Assembly (NCBI RefSeq): GCF_020745735.1
Contig: NC_083409.1
Coordinates: forward strand, 18,372,341 to 18,436,340
Length of the DNA stretch: 64,000 nt
Source: Hemiscyllium ocellatum
Taxonomy: Eukaryota
Direction of reading: 5' to 3'
Shown: positions 23,016 to 35,433 of the stretch, one piece after another
How positions within the stretch are numbered: the stretch's first letter is position 1
How the letters are laid out: the number at the start of each line of letters is the position of its first letter
Made by a program: the position numbers and the translations under genes
Notes under the pieces: generated by a model
The model's input: only the letters and a program-made list of their open reading frames with translations
Databases searched by the model: none
Told to the model about the DNA's origin: nothing

Positions 23016-23500
23016 CACAGTGAGACACCGAGCTCCCACCTCCCCCAGCTTTAACTCTGCTCAATCACACAATCACAGAATTGTTACAGTGCACAAGGAG
23101 GCCATTCCTTCCATCCTGTCTGGACTAGCTCTCCGAATGAGCAATTCACTGAGTGTCATTCTCCTGCCTTCTCCCTGTCACCCTGCACATTGTTCCTTTT
23201 CAGATAACAGTCTCATTCCCTTCGGAATGTTTCAATTGAAGCTGCCTCCACCACACTCTCAGGCAGTGCATTCCACACCTTAACCACCCACTGGCTGAAA
23301 ATGTTTTCCCTCATCTCACTTTTCTTACTTTTCCAATTACTTTCAATCTGTGGCCTCTCGGTCTCAATCCTTTCACAAGTGGAATCATTTTCTCCCTATT
23401 TACTCTGTTCCAGGCTCCTCCTGGTTTTGAATTTCTGGAACAATTCTCCTCGCTGCCTTCTCCAAAGACTTGAAGGTGCCGGTGTTGGACTGGGGTGGAC

Positions 23501-23672
23501 AAAGTTAAAAATCACACAACACCAGGTTATAGTCCAACAGGGGGTTTATTTGGAAGCACTAGCTTTCGGAGCGCCCCTCCTTCATCAAATGGTTGTCAGC
23601 GGCGCTCCAAAAGCTAGTGCTTCCACATTAACCTGTTGGACTATAATCTGATGTTGTGTGATCTGTAACTTT
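23501..23672. repeat. Palindromic Penelope-end-derived element (~72-bp arms)
   Basis: AAAGTTAAAAATCACACAACACCAGGTTATAGTCCAACAGG...GGAAGCACTAGCTTTCGGAGCGC is mirrored by GCGCTCCAAAAGCTAGTGCTTCC...CCTGTTGGACTATAATCTGATGTTGTGTGATCTGTAACTTT. Confidence 0.8.
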
Positions 23673-23899
23673 CTCCAAAGAAGACAGTCCCAAATTCTCC
23701 AATCTATCTTCATAACTGATATTCCTCATCCCTGGAATGATCTTTGTGCATATGTTTGCCAGCTCCACAAAACATTCACCTCCTTCCTGCATTATTCACA
23801 TTATTTATGTCCCTCATGATTTTATAAACCCCTATAAGGTCACTCCTCAGCCTCCGGCACTTCAGGGTAAAAGATCTCAGCTTTTCCAGCCTCTAATGG

Positions 23900-26800
23900 T
23901 CACGGAGTCAGACAGCGTGGAAACAGATCTTTCAGTCTAACTTCTCCATGCTAACTAGATATCCAAAACTGACCTCATCCCATTTGCCAGCATTTAGCCC
24001 ACATCCCTCTAAACCCTTCCTATTCATGTACCCATCCAAACATCTTTTAAATGTTATAATTGTATCCGTCTCCAGCACTTTCTCTGACAGCTCGATCCAT
24101 ACACGCACCACCCTCTGTGTGACAAGTTACCCCTCAGGTCCCTTTTGGATCTTTTGCCTCTCATCTTAAACCTATACCCTCTAGTTTTGGATTCCCTTTC
24201 CCAAGGCAAAGACCTGGGATGTACACCCTGTCCATGCCCGTCATGATTTTATAAACATCTATAAGGCCACCCCTCAGTCTCCGATCCTGCAGGAAAAATA
24301 ACCCGTCTATTGAGCTTCTTCCGACAGCTCAAACCCTCCAGTTCCAGGCAACATCCATGTAAATCTTTTCTGCAGAATTTTAAGTTTAACAGCATCCTTC
24401 CTATCACAGGATGATCAGAATTGTTCACATTATTCCCAAATTTCCTGTACAGCTGCAAATGATGTCCCAACTCTGATACTTAGTGCAGTGACCAATAAAG
24501 GCAAGTGTACTCAACATCTTCTTCATCTCCCTGTCTCCCTGTGACTCCACTGTCAAGGAATAATGCCCCTGCATCTGCCCCTGCCCCTGCCCCTGCCCCT
24601 GCCCATGCATCCTGAAGTCACTTTGTTGAGCAACACTCCACAGGGCCCCACCATTAACAGTACAAGTCCTGCCCTGGTTTGACTTTCCAAAATGCAACAT
24701 CTCACATTTATCTAAATTGAACTCCATTTGTCACACGTTTAGATCAGAGTGGTGCTGGAAAAGCACAGCAGGTCAGGCAACATCCGAGGAGCAGGAAAAT
24801 TGACGTTTCAGGCAAAAGCCCTTCATCAGTATTCCTCTAGCCGAAAAGTCGATTTTTCTGCTCCTCGGATGCTGCCTGACATGCTGTGCTTTTCTAGCAC
24901 CACTCTGATCTAAACTCTGGTTTCCAGCATCTGCAGTCTGCACTTTTGTCCATTTGCCACACCTCTGCCCATTTCCCCAAATGATCAAGGTCCCACTGTA
25001 CTCTCAGATAAGCTTCTTCACTATCCACTGTACCACCAATTTTGGGGTCATTTACAAACTCGCTATAATTCTTATATTCACATCCAAATCATTTATTTAA
25101 ATGATAAAAAGCCGTGGACCCAGCACCAATCCTTGTGGCACACAGCTGACATCTGATCTCCAGTCTGAAAAGCAACCCCTTACCACCACTCTCTGTCTCC
25201 TATCTTGAAGTCATTTTTTTACCCAAATGGCTAGCTCCCCCTGGATCCCATGTGGCCTAATCTTACTAATCAGTCTATCATGTGGAACCTTGTCAAATGC
25301 TTTGCTGAAGTCCATATAGACAGTGTGTACTGTTTTGCCTACATCAATCTTCTCTTCAAACAACCTCAATCACGTTAGTGAGACATGATTACCATGCACA
25401 AAACTGCATTGATTGTCCAAATGCATGTAAATCCTGTCCCTCAGAATTCACTCCAATAACTTACCCAGCAATGACATCAGGCTCACTGGTTTATAGTTCC
25501 CTGGCTTTTCCTTAAATAATGGCTAACATTAGCCAACCTCTCTGTTCTCCAGAACCTCACTCATGGCTGTCAATCAGAAACATACCTCAGCAAGGGATCC
25601 AGCAATCTCTTTCCTAGCTTTCCACAATGTCCTGGGATACACCTGATCAGGTCCTGGAGATTTATCTACCGTCTTGCACTTTAAGAAATCCTCTTCTGTA
25701 ATGTGGACTTGTGTCAAGACATTACTATTTATTTCCCAAGTTCCCAAATTTCCATGTCTTTCTCCATGATAAATACTGACCTGGAATAGTCATTTAAGAC
25801 CTAAACCATTTCCTGTGGATCCACCCAGAGGTACATTGTTCATCTTCATGGGGCCCTATTCTCTCTCTAGTTACTCTTTTGCCCTTTTCTTATTTACCAT
25901 AATTCTACCACTTTTGCCCTTGAGTAAGTTCAGGAATTGTTTGCCCTCCTTCAAATGTATCTCGACTATACCTGGTCCACATCCTCTACTATTCTTTTCA
26001 GGACTTTCCTGCCAACCTTTGATCCAACTTTATTCAGATCTGAGACATCCATCTCCTATAGAAGCTGGCATTTTCCTCAGTGAAGATGTTTGACCCTGAA
26101 AAGGCCTTTGTTCTTTTCTACCGTCACCCTCAACTTTGTGATACAATGATCACTCTTCCTTAAGTGTCCTCTCACTGACACGTGATCCACTTGGGCCTCC
26201 TCATTCCCAAGATCCAGATCTAGCAGAGCCTCCTTTCTCATTGGACTGGAAACATGCGGCTGGAGAAAATTCACATGAACACACTCTCACGACTCTGGCC
26301 CCTCTGTCCTTCACACTGCTACTACCCCAGTCTATATTCAGAAATTAAAGAAATTCCACCCCCCCCAACCCCATTTGTAATGACTATTATATTTGCAGGT
26401 CACTGTAAATTCCTTGCAAATGTATTCCTCTAAATCCTTCCCATTGGCTGGTGACTTATTGACTGCACTGATGATTCTGTGGACCTTGGTGTTCCTCTCT
26501 GACAGTCCCTCCTGACTCCCACAGCCCTGCCAAGTTAGTTTAAACCCTCTCCAACAGCACGAGTAGATCACCTCAAAGGAGCTCAGTGCCAGCTCTGTTC
26601 AGGAGCAACGCTGTCTGGTCTATCCAGGTCCCATCTCCCCCAGACCCAGTCCCGATGTCACAAGAATCTAAAACCCTCCCTCCTGGATCCTCTTCCCAGC
26701 CCCACAGTCACTTGTGTTATCCTCCTGCTCCTCTTGTCACTTGCCTGGGGCACTGGGAGTAACCTGAAGATTCCTACTTTTGAGTTCCTGATGTTATTTC

Positions 26801-27440
26801 CCTTCTGAGCTCCCTAAATTCTGACTGCAGGACTACATCCCTTTTCTCCCTCTGTCACTGGGACCGATGTGGACCACGACTGCTGCCTATTCCCCCTCTC
26901 CCCTCAGGGTGCTCTGCAGTCGCTCAGTGACATCCTTGACGCTGGCACCAGGGAGACAACACACCATCCTGGATTCCCATCTGCAGCTGCAGAAACACCT
27001 ATCGATGCCCTCACTCTCAAATCTCCTTTTACGATCACTCTTCCAGTCTTGCTAATACCACCCCACCACCCCTCACCCCCACACACCCCCCCCCCCCCCA
27101 CCGCCCCGGCAACCCCCCATTATAGCTGAGTCACCAGTGATGCCATGGACTTGGCTCTGGCTGCACTCTCCAGATGAACCATCATTCTCATCAGGATTCT
27201 GAACTGTATCCTGGTTGGAGAGTAGGATGCCTGGGGACTCCTATACTAGCTGCCTGATCCTTTTGGACTGTCTGCTGCTCCCCCATTCCCTCTCTCCCTG
27301 CATACTCTGAGGCTGCAGAGTGACCACATCTAGAAACGTGCTCTCCACGGAGCTCTCAGCCTCACAGACGCTCTGCACTGACACCAGCTGCTGCTCAAGC
27401 TCCAAAACCCAGAGCTCTAACTGCTGTCACAGACCTCACT
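23900..27440 (-). mobile_element. Stacked decayed CR1 fragments in the J-C intron (3' ends, RT, endonuclease, ORF1 esterase)
   Basis: 24425-24727 MEFNLDKCEMLHFGKSNQGR; 26077-26274 LLDLDLGNE...HLRKSDHC; esterase-like 26904-27101. Confidence 0.7.
24738..24914. repeat. Palindromic short element inserted in CR1
   Basis: TTTAGATCAGAGTGGTGCTGGAAAAGCACAGCAGGTCAGGCAACATCCGAGGAGCAG is mirrored by CTGCTCCTCGGATGCTGCCTGACATGCTGTGCTTTTCTAGCACCACTCTGATCTAAA. Confidence 0.8.
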
Positions 27441-27621
27441 TCCTGTACTCATGGTATTCCAGGAGCTGGGAAACATTCTGAAATTCCCATATGGATGCAC
27501 ACTCTCTCCACTCTTTGTTTGTCTCTTGGCAAAGTTCTGATGACAAACAGCTCCAGCAGGGCTCACAGTCCAGTGGGTTCAGTGTTCCAGGGTTTTGGGG
27601 AAACTCTCCAGAAGTCTTTAA

Positions 27622-30200
27622 GAAATAGGAGCAGAAATCAGCCATTCAGCCCATTGAATCTGCTCTGCCATTTGATCTTGGCAGATATGCTTCTCACCCC
27701 CATTCTCCTGCCTACTCCACAGGAACGTTCGATCCCCTTCACAATCACGAATCTATCTATCTCTGTCTTAAATACACTTAGTGACTTGGCCTCCCCTGCC
27801 CTCTGTAACAATGAGTTCCACAGATTCACCACCTTCTGGCTGAAGAAATTCCTCCTCACCTCAGCTCAAAAGGGTCGGCCCTTCATTCTGAGGCTGTGCC
27901 TTGGTTCCCGAGTCTGTCCTGCATCCACTCTATCCAGGCCGATCAGTATTCTGCAAATTTCAATCAGATCCCTCCTCATTCTTCTAAACTCCATCGAGTA
28001 CAGACACAGTGTCCTCAACCACGCCTCATATGACAAGCCTTTCATCCCCAGGATCATTCTTGTAAACCCCTCCTATGCCAGCACATTGTTTCTTAGAATA
28101 TGGGTCCCAAATCTGCTCACAATATTCAAAATGTGGTCTGACCAGAGCCTTACACTGCCTCAGCAGTACATCTCTGCTCTTGTATTCTGGCCCTATTGAA
28201 ATGAATGCGAACATTTCATTTGCCTTCCCAAGCACAAACTGGACCTGCCTGTTAAACTGAAGGGAAACCTGAATGTGGTTTGTGCTTTAGATTTCCAAAG
28301 GCTTTCCTCATTTAGCAAACAGTCTTTGCATCTCTTCTTCCCACCAAAGTGCATACCCTCACACTGTAACACATTGTGTTCTATCTGCCACTTCTTTGCC
28401 CACTCTCCCAGCCTATCCAGGAGATTTTACAGCCTTCCCACTTCCTCAACACTACCTGTCCCTCCACCTATCTCATGTCACGTGCAAACTTAGCAACAAT
28501 GTCTTCACTTCCTTCATCCAGATTGTTAATGTATAACGTGAATAGTTATGGCCATAACATTGACAACTGCAGAACTCTACTAGTCACCAGCGGCCATTGT
28601 TCCTCATGCTCTGCTTTATGCCAACCTGCCAGTCTTCAATCCATGCCACTACAATGCCACTAATACTGTGGGCGCTTATCTTATGTCAAATGCCTTGTGG
28701 AAATCCAAAGAGATTACTTCCTCGGACTCTCCTTTGTCTGACTGGCTCATTGCCTCCTCAAAGAATTCTAACAGATTTGCCAGGCATGACGTCTCCTTGA
28801 TGAAGCCATTGCACTTCCAATCCTCTGCAATTTCATCCTTAAATTGAAGTCTAAAACCTTACCAACAACTGAGTCCTGGCTAACTGGCTGATAATGTCCC
28901 ACCTTCTACCTCCCTCCCTTCTGAAACAGGGGTGGTATGTGAGCCATTTTCCTGTCCCTTGCCCCCACCAAATCCGTCCCCATCTCACCTCCATACCCTG
29001 ACTCCATTGATTACTGAACGATCATCACCAATGCCTCCACAATCTCCTCAGCGATCTCCTTCAGAACACATGGGTGTAGTTCATCCAGTCTGGTTGCGTT
29101 ATCCATATTCAGACCTTTCAGCTTCCCCAGTACCTCCTCCTTAGTGATGGCCACTACACTCCCCTCCGACCCCTGACAGTCTTGAATTACTGGTACACTG
29201 CTGGTGTTTTCCATGGTGCAGACTGAGGCAAAATATCTATTCAATTCCTCTGCTATTCCTTCATTTCCTGTTATTCTTTCTCCAGCCTCATTTTCCAGTG
29301 ATCCATAGTCTATTTTTGACTCCCTCTTCCTTTTTATACACCTGATAAAACTCCTGCAATCTTCTTTTATATTACTGGCTAGATAACTCCCACATTTCAC
29401 ATTCTCCACCCTTAATGCTTTTTCAGTTATCCTCTGCAGGTTTTTAAAGGCTTCCTAATCCTCGGGCTTCCCACTATTCTCCACCACATTGAGTTACCTT
29501 TACTCAACTGAAATACTGTTCAATCTGATTGCAACTTCTCCCTCTCAAACTACAGGGGGAATTCTATTGTATTATGGTCACTTATCCACAGGGATACTTT
29601 CACCTTAAACTCACTAATCAAGTTTGCCTCAATACACATCACTGAATCCAGACCTGCCAGTTCCATAATGGCTCAACCACAAGCTGCTCCAAAATCATCG
29701 ACATTCCATGAAATCCTTTCCTTGAGATACACTACCCAGCCCACCTATCCGTTGAAGTCTGCCCTGACATTTTCTGTCTCCTAATTGATTTCCTTCCCCA
29801 CACCCTGATTACTGCTTGGAGACCTGGACATAACTTGCATCAGATTCTTTATTTATTGCAGTTCCTCAGCTCTACCCACACAGATTCTACACCTTCTAAC
29901 TCTACATCACTTCTTGCTATTGATTTAATTTCATTTCTCACTAACAAGGCAACTCTTCCCCCTCTGCCCATCTGCCCGTCCTTTTGATAGGACATGTAAC
30001 CTTGGATATTTAGTTCCCAGCCCGAATTCCCTTTCAGCCATGTCCCTGTGATACCCACAACATCGTACCTGCCAGTTTCAATCTGTACTACCAGCCCATT
30101 GTGTATATTGTGTGCATTTAAGTACAACACCCTTAGTCCTGCATTGATTGCTCTCCTTCCCATCATTGTCCCCTTATCTGCTGTGCTTTATGTTCGATTC
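27622..30200 (-). mobile_element. Decayed CR1 ORF2 (endonuclease to 3' tail), internally deleted
   Basis: 29849-30166 LRVLYLNAH...YDVVGITGTWL; 29011-29409 ELNRYFASV...GLNMDNATRLDELHPCVLKE; 28026-28235 ALVRPHFEYCEQIW; 27638-27859 FFSQKVVNLWNSL. Confidence 0.8.
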
Positions 30201-30554
30201 CTGATCCTTTCTGTACTCTCTGTCCTTTTACATCTTCTAGAAAAATGAATAACCTTTCCTGAGCCCTCCTCAACTTTAACTAGTTTAAATTCCTTGGAAA
30301 CTCAATTTACCTGGAATTGTGACATCACTTTGTCAACCTTACTCAGAATGCTTTGTGCATTTAGATACAAACTCTTTAAGTTTGTTCTATTATTGATTTT
30401 CCCTGCACTTTTATGATCCCTTTGATATTCAAAAATTCCATCCCTTTCTTTTATTTTTTGGTAACAATCAATCCCATCACTAACCAGCAATCCTACCTTC
30501 TCCTTTACCTTCCATTTTCTCATTTTCCATCCAACTGAACCAAATTCCTTTCTC

Positions 30555-30750
30555 TTTGGGTTGAGTTCAGGACAATATTTATCGTTGAGCCAACATCATT
30601 ATTGGTCTTTGATCTCATTGCTTCTAGTGGGATCTTGCTGTGCAGAAACTGGCTGCCACGTTACTGACATTGCAACAGTGACTGCTTGTCAAACAAAACT
30701 GTCTGTAAATGTCTTTGGGAGAGCCTGATGTGTTAAGGGCTGGATTGAAA
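30555..30750 (+). mobile_element. Old SINE relic with a Deu-domain-like core
   Basis: GTGGGATCTTGCTGTGCAGAAACTGGCTGCCACGTT...ACAGTGACT...CTGTAAATGTCTTTGGGA resembles the DeuSINE core as I recall it; a second relic lies at ~31430-31670. Confidence 0.5.
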
Positions 30751-30769
30751 TACAATTAGAGTCAGAGGG

Positions 30770-31400
30770 ATGGACAGCACAGAATCAGACCCTTTGGTCC
30801 AACTCGTCCATGCTGACCAGATATCCGAAATTAATCTAGTCCCACTTGCCAGCATTTGGCCCATATCCCTCTAACATCTTTCTATTTACATACCCATGCC
30901 TTTTAAATGTTGTAATTGTACCAGCCTTCACCACCTCCTCTGGCAGCTCATTCCATACATTTAACACCCTCTGATTGAAAACGTCCCTTAGGTCCCTTTT
31001 AAATCTTTCCCCTGTCACCTTCAGCCTATGCCCTCCAGTTCTGGACTCCCCAACTCTGGAGAAAAAATCTTCTCTATTCACTCTATCTATGCCGCTCATG
31101 ATTTTATAAACCTCTATACGATCACCCATCAACCTGCAATGATCCAGGGAAAACAGCCTCAGCCTATTCAGCCTCTCCTTTTCATGCAAACCCTCCAACC
31201 TTGGCAACATCCTTGTAAATCATTTTAAGATTCGCAACATTTTTCCTACAGCAAGGAGAACTGAATTGCACACAGTATTCCAAAAGTGCCCTAACCAATG
31301 TCCTGTACAGCCGCAACAGCTCCCAACTCCAATACTCAATGCACTGACAAATAAAGGAAAGCAAACCAAATAACTTTGTCACTTCCCTATGTACCTGCAA
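30770..31400 (-). mobile_element. CR1 3' fragment
   Basis: 30836-31210 RLNRLRLFSLDHCRLMGDRIEVYKIM...WNELPEEVV. Confidence 0.8.
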
Positions 31401-32513
31401 CTTCATCTTCAAGGAACTATTCTTCATTTTTTGGAATAACTGAGAGTCTTTCAGTTGTGAAAGATGCCATTCCATGGCACTATTGGATGAAGAGCAGGCA
31501 GTTCCCCCTGGTGTCCCTGGTCAATATTTATCCCCCAGTCAAAATCACTCAGAATGTATTTCTCTGCTAATTATCACATGGTGTTTGGGATCTCGCTGTG
31601 CACAGTCTGCTGGAAAGATCCAGTGGGACACCCTGAGTTGGGGACAGGTGCTACACAAGTGCAAGTCTTTCTTGAAGGTTGGAGTCTCCTGATCAGGATC
31701 CTCATCCATTGTCTGCGCACTCTCACCTTCCAGGAGTCATGGGGTCATTAGGAGCAGTGACCCTGTCTGACCCTAGGACACTGAGACTCTTTGCAGCCTC
31801 ACCCTTGACCTCAGCCCAATAGTGTGCAGCAAGGTTTGAAATATAATCTAGAATCTTCTACACAGACACCCCAACGTGATTCTTTCCTGACGTGTGTGGA
31901 TCCGAGTCTTCTCCAATGTTCTTGGATAAAGTTCTCCTGATCTGTGGGTAATCGGAGGTTTGTTAAAGAGATACCACGCTCCATCCCACTTTCCAGCTCT
32001 TGCTCCATAGCTCTGGAAGTTTTGCTGTTTCAAGTGAACATCTAAGTGTTTTTTCAATGTGATGAGGGTTTCTGCCTCTCCCACCCTTTCAGACAGTGAG
32101 TCCCACATCCCACCAAGCTCTGGGTGAAAACAAAGACCCTCAACCCCCCTCTAATCCTGCCCCAACTGATTTCAATCTCTCCCCATGGTTATTGCCCTCT
32201 GTGCTGGTGGAAATCAGTCCTTCCTACCCACTCTGTCCAGGCCCCTCATCATTTTACACACCACCATCAAATCTCCCCTCAGCCTCCTGTGTTCCAAAGA
32301 AAACAGTCCCAGCCAATCCAATCATTCCGCAAAGCTCAAAGTCCCCACTCCAGACAAACTCCTCCTCTGTCCCCATCTCTAATGGAATCACATCCTTCCT
32401 GTATGTGGTGACCAGAACCGTACACAGTTCTCTCACTGTGCTCTAACTGGGGTTTTATACAGTTCCAGAATAAACAAACACCTTGCTTTCACAGTCAACC
32501 AAAAATGAGATAA

Positions 32514-32865
32514 GGGAGGTGATGGTCTAATGGTGTTATTGCTGAGCTGTTAATCGAGAGATCCAGGTAATGTTCTGGGGACCAGGGTTAGAATCCAGCA
32601 GATGGTGGCATTCAAATTCATTCAAAACAACATCTGCAATTAAGAGACTAATGATGACCATGAAACCATCGTTGATTGTCAGGAAAAAGCATCTGATTCC
32701 CTTATGTCCTTTAGGGAAGAAAACTGCCATCCTTACCATGTGACCCCAGACCCACAGCAATGTGGGTGACTCTAAACTGTCCTTTGGGTGATTAGGGATG
32801 GGCAATAAATGCTGCCGATCCAGCAATGCCCTCATTCCATCAAGGGAAAAAGAAAAACAGTTTAT
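32514..32865 (+). mobile_element. tRNA-derived SINE, second family
   Basis: GGAGGTGATGGTCTAATGG A-box-like, GGGTTAGAATCC B-box-like; 3' GGGATGGGCAATAAATGCTG with an A-rich end. Confidence 0.65.
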
Positions 32866-33980
32866 CCCATGTGTCTTCTGAACCACCTCACTGACCTGCA
32901 TTAATCACCATGGCCACATCTTCCACCTCCACACCCATCTGACTTCCAGCTTCAAAATGATGAGAGACATTCCTTCATTATCTGAGAAACAGATAGAAAC
33001 ATCAAACACAGGAGCAGCAGTAGGCCATTCGGCCCTTCAAGGCCTGCTCCACCCTTCAATATGATCATGGCTGTTCATCCAACACAGTCCCCTGTTCCTA
33101 CTTTCTCCCCACATTCTTTGATCCCTTTAATCCTAAGAACTGTATCTAATTCCTTCTTAAATACACATTGCATCTAATTCCCTTTTGCTGGAAAAATGGA
33201 TGACAATTATTGGGTTGTTGTTTTTTGACCAGTATGGACACAATGGGCTGATGGGTCTTTTGGGCCCCTATGACTCTATTGTTATTTATTATGAATAACT
33301 GGGTACCAAGGGCTGACCCTGTGGCACCCTAAGTTGTTATTACCTGCCATTCAGAAAAAGACTCATTCTTTCTGTGCTGCCTGCCAACCAGTTCCCAATC
33401 CATGTCAGTACGTGAACCCCAATCCTCTTGTTTCTTTGGTCTAGATGTGGGAGTCCCACCCTTACTCATTGTGGGAACAGATTCTGAACAGTCTGTCTCA
33501 TCCTTCGAGGGCTCCCACTGCCCTGACACTGATTTCCCATCATGCCATTGGTTCCGATCCACTTTTACCAAAGCACCGCACAGTTTAGTAAAATGAAAAC
33601 TTTTACACTTGCTCCATGGTTCTCCATTTCCATTCCTCCTCTCAATCTCACTGAGTTCTAATCAGTGTCACTAAAATGCTTCCCCATCGATAGCCCTTCC
33701 AGCTTCCCACATTCATTCCATAACTGATGGTCCAAAATTGTCCCTTCTCTCTCTGCTGCTTCACCATCACCTTCTCAGGGACATCTAGGGACGGTAATGA
33801 ATGCTGGCCCTGCCAGTGACACTCAGATCGCAAGAAGCAATTTGAACAGTGTCTGTTCATTTGTTGGGTTTATTCTGTATTGACTAAGAATGTTCAAAAA
33901 GATCGTATTGCCAGTGAATATTGTGAGGGTTGAATTCCCTTCAAATGTCAGGGATTAAAATTGTTTCTTTTGTCTTTCAG

Positions 33981-34309
33981 TCCGTGACAACTCTCAGCCC
34001 AAGCTGACCCTGCTGCCCCCCTCCCCTGAGCAGATTAATGCCAAGGACACTGCCACCCTGGTGTGCCTTGCCAATCACTTCTATCCCGATGAGCTGGAGG
34101 TGCAGTGGAAGAAAGACGGTGCAGTCATTTCGGACGGGGTTCAGACCAGCAACTACCTGCGAGCTTCGGACAGCACCTACAGTGTCAGCAGCCTGCTGAC
34201 CCTCTCTGGGTCTGACTGGGAGTCCAACGCTCGCTTCTCCTGTGCCCTCACCCACGTGACCCTCCCCTCTCCCCTCAGCAAGAGCATCAGGAGATCAGAA
34301 TGTGTGTAG
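33981..34309 (+). CDS. IGKC: Ig kappa-type constant exon
   Basis: Acceptor TTTGTCTTTCAG|TC, phase 1 matching J; (I)RDNSQPKLTLLPPSPEQINAKDTATLVCLANHFYPDELEVQWKKDG...FSCALTHVTLPSPLSKSIRRSECV*; both C1-domain Cys, the Trp and the penultimate interchain Cys are intact. Confidence 0.97.
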
Positions 34310-34834
34310 AGTGTTGGAGACAGTCCACAGAGGAGACACAACTTTAAATAGAACAGGGCTGAGCTGGCAGGACAAAGGTCATTGTCAGCACTGAATTTCA
34401 ACTCTCTTCCTTCTCAGGACTGCTCAGGGAACCTTCTGAGGTTTGGATGTTAAAGCAGATCATTGCGACAGTGTCGAGGGAGCTTTATGCTGTGTCAAAC
34501 CCCATGCTGTCCCTGTTCTGGGAGTGTTTGATGGGGACAGGGTTGACTTGTGATGCCAAGTAAAATCTCTTGAAGTTGCTGAAGACTGTCAGCTGTACAA
34601 AACAATGTGAACCTCAGAATTCTCTGCTTCAGTAAACCAGATCTCCTTCCTGCTCAGCTGTCAGTTCCAATTTAAGGTTTTGTCACTGTTTAAAGGGACA
34701 GGATTCTCATGTTATTGAGCAATTCTCCACAAATGTTTTCCTTAAACTCCATTGTGGCTGTGAATTTGAGCAGCTTCCTCTGTCTGGGCTGTTAATTGCA
34801 GTTTTTTTTCTGTCAATGTGAATGTGGAAAAGGG

Positions 34835-34840
34835 AATAAA
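34835..34840 (+). terminator. Candidate polyadenylation signal for the light-chain mRNA
   Basis: First AATAAA I found after the C stop (~525 bp downstream), followed by GT-rich sequence. Confidence 0.5.
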
Positions 34841-35433
34841 GGTGAAGATTCAGTCTCTGTCTGGTGTATGCTTTGGAAATAGATAACCTTCCCCACCCCC
34901 CAGTTGATTGGCTGCATTTCAGCAGGTCATTGTCAAGATTGGCTGGTTGGCCTGTCAATCAATTACAATCATTAATCATTAATCATTTTCAAATGATCCC
35001 TTTGATCAGGAATTTATGTAGGTTACAAGATTCCAAAAAGAACAGAAACCGAAAGCTGTTAGGACTCAATAAGTACAATCTGATGCATTCCCTCTTCACT
35101 CTGTTGGTCCAGGCCCATCTGATGGGATCGCACTGTGCAATCTCTGCTGCATGTTGGGTAGCTGCTGAAACAATCTTCGGCCAATCACTGACATTGTCAG
35201 CTGTGTCTCTCTGAGGTAAAAACAAGGACTGCAGATGCTGGAAACCAGATTCTAGATTAGAGTGGTACTGGAAAAGCACAGCAGGTCAGGCAGCATCTGA
35301 GGAGCAGGAAAATCGATGTTTCGGGCAAAGCCCTTCATCAGGAATAAAGCTCTATCTGGAATGTGTGCCTCTCTGAGTGTGAGTGTTTAACTTAATGCTG
35401 CTTGGAGGGGTCTCTCTCAGTGTGGATTTGTTA

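Noticed and set aside
24425-24727. GQGQGQ repeat protein
   Set aside because: A (CCCCTG)n hexamer expansion inside a CR1 relic.
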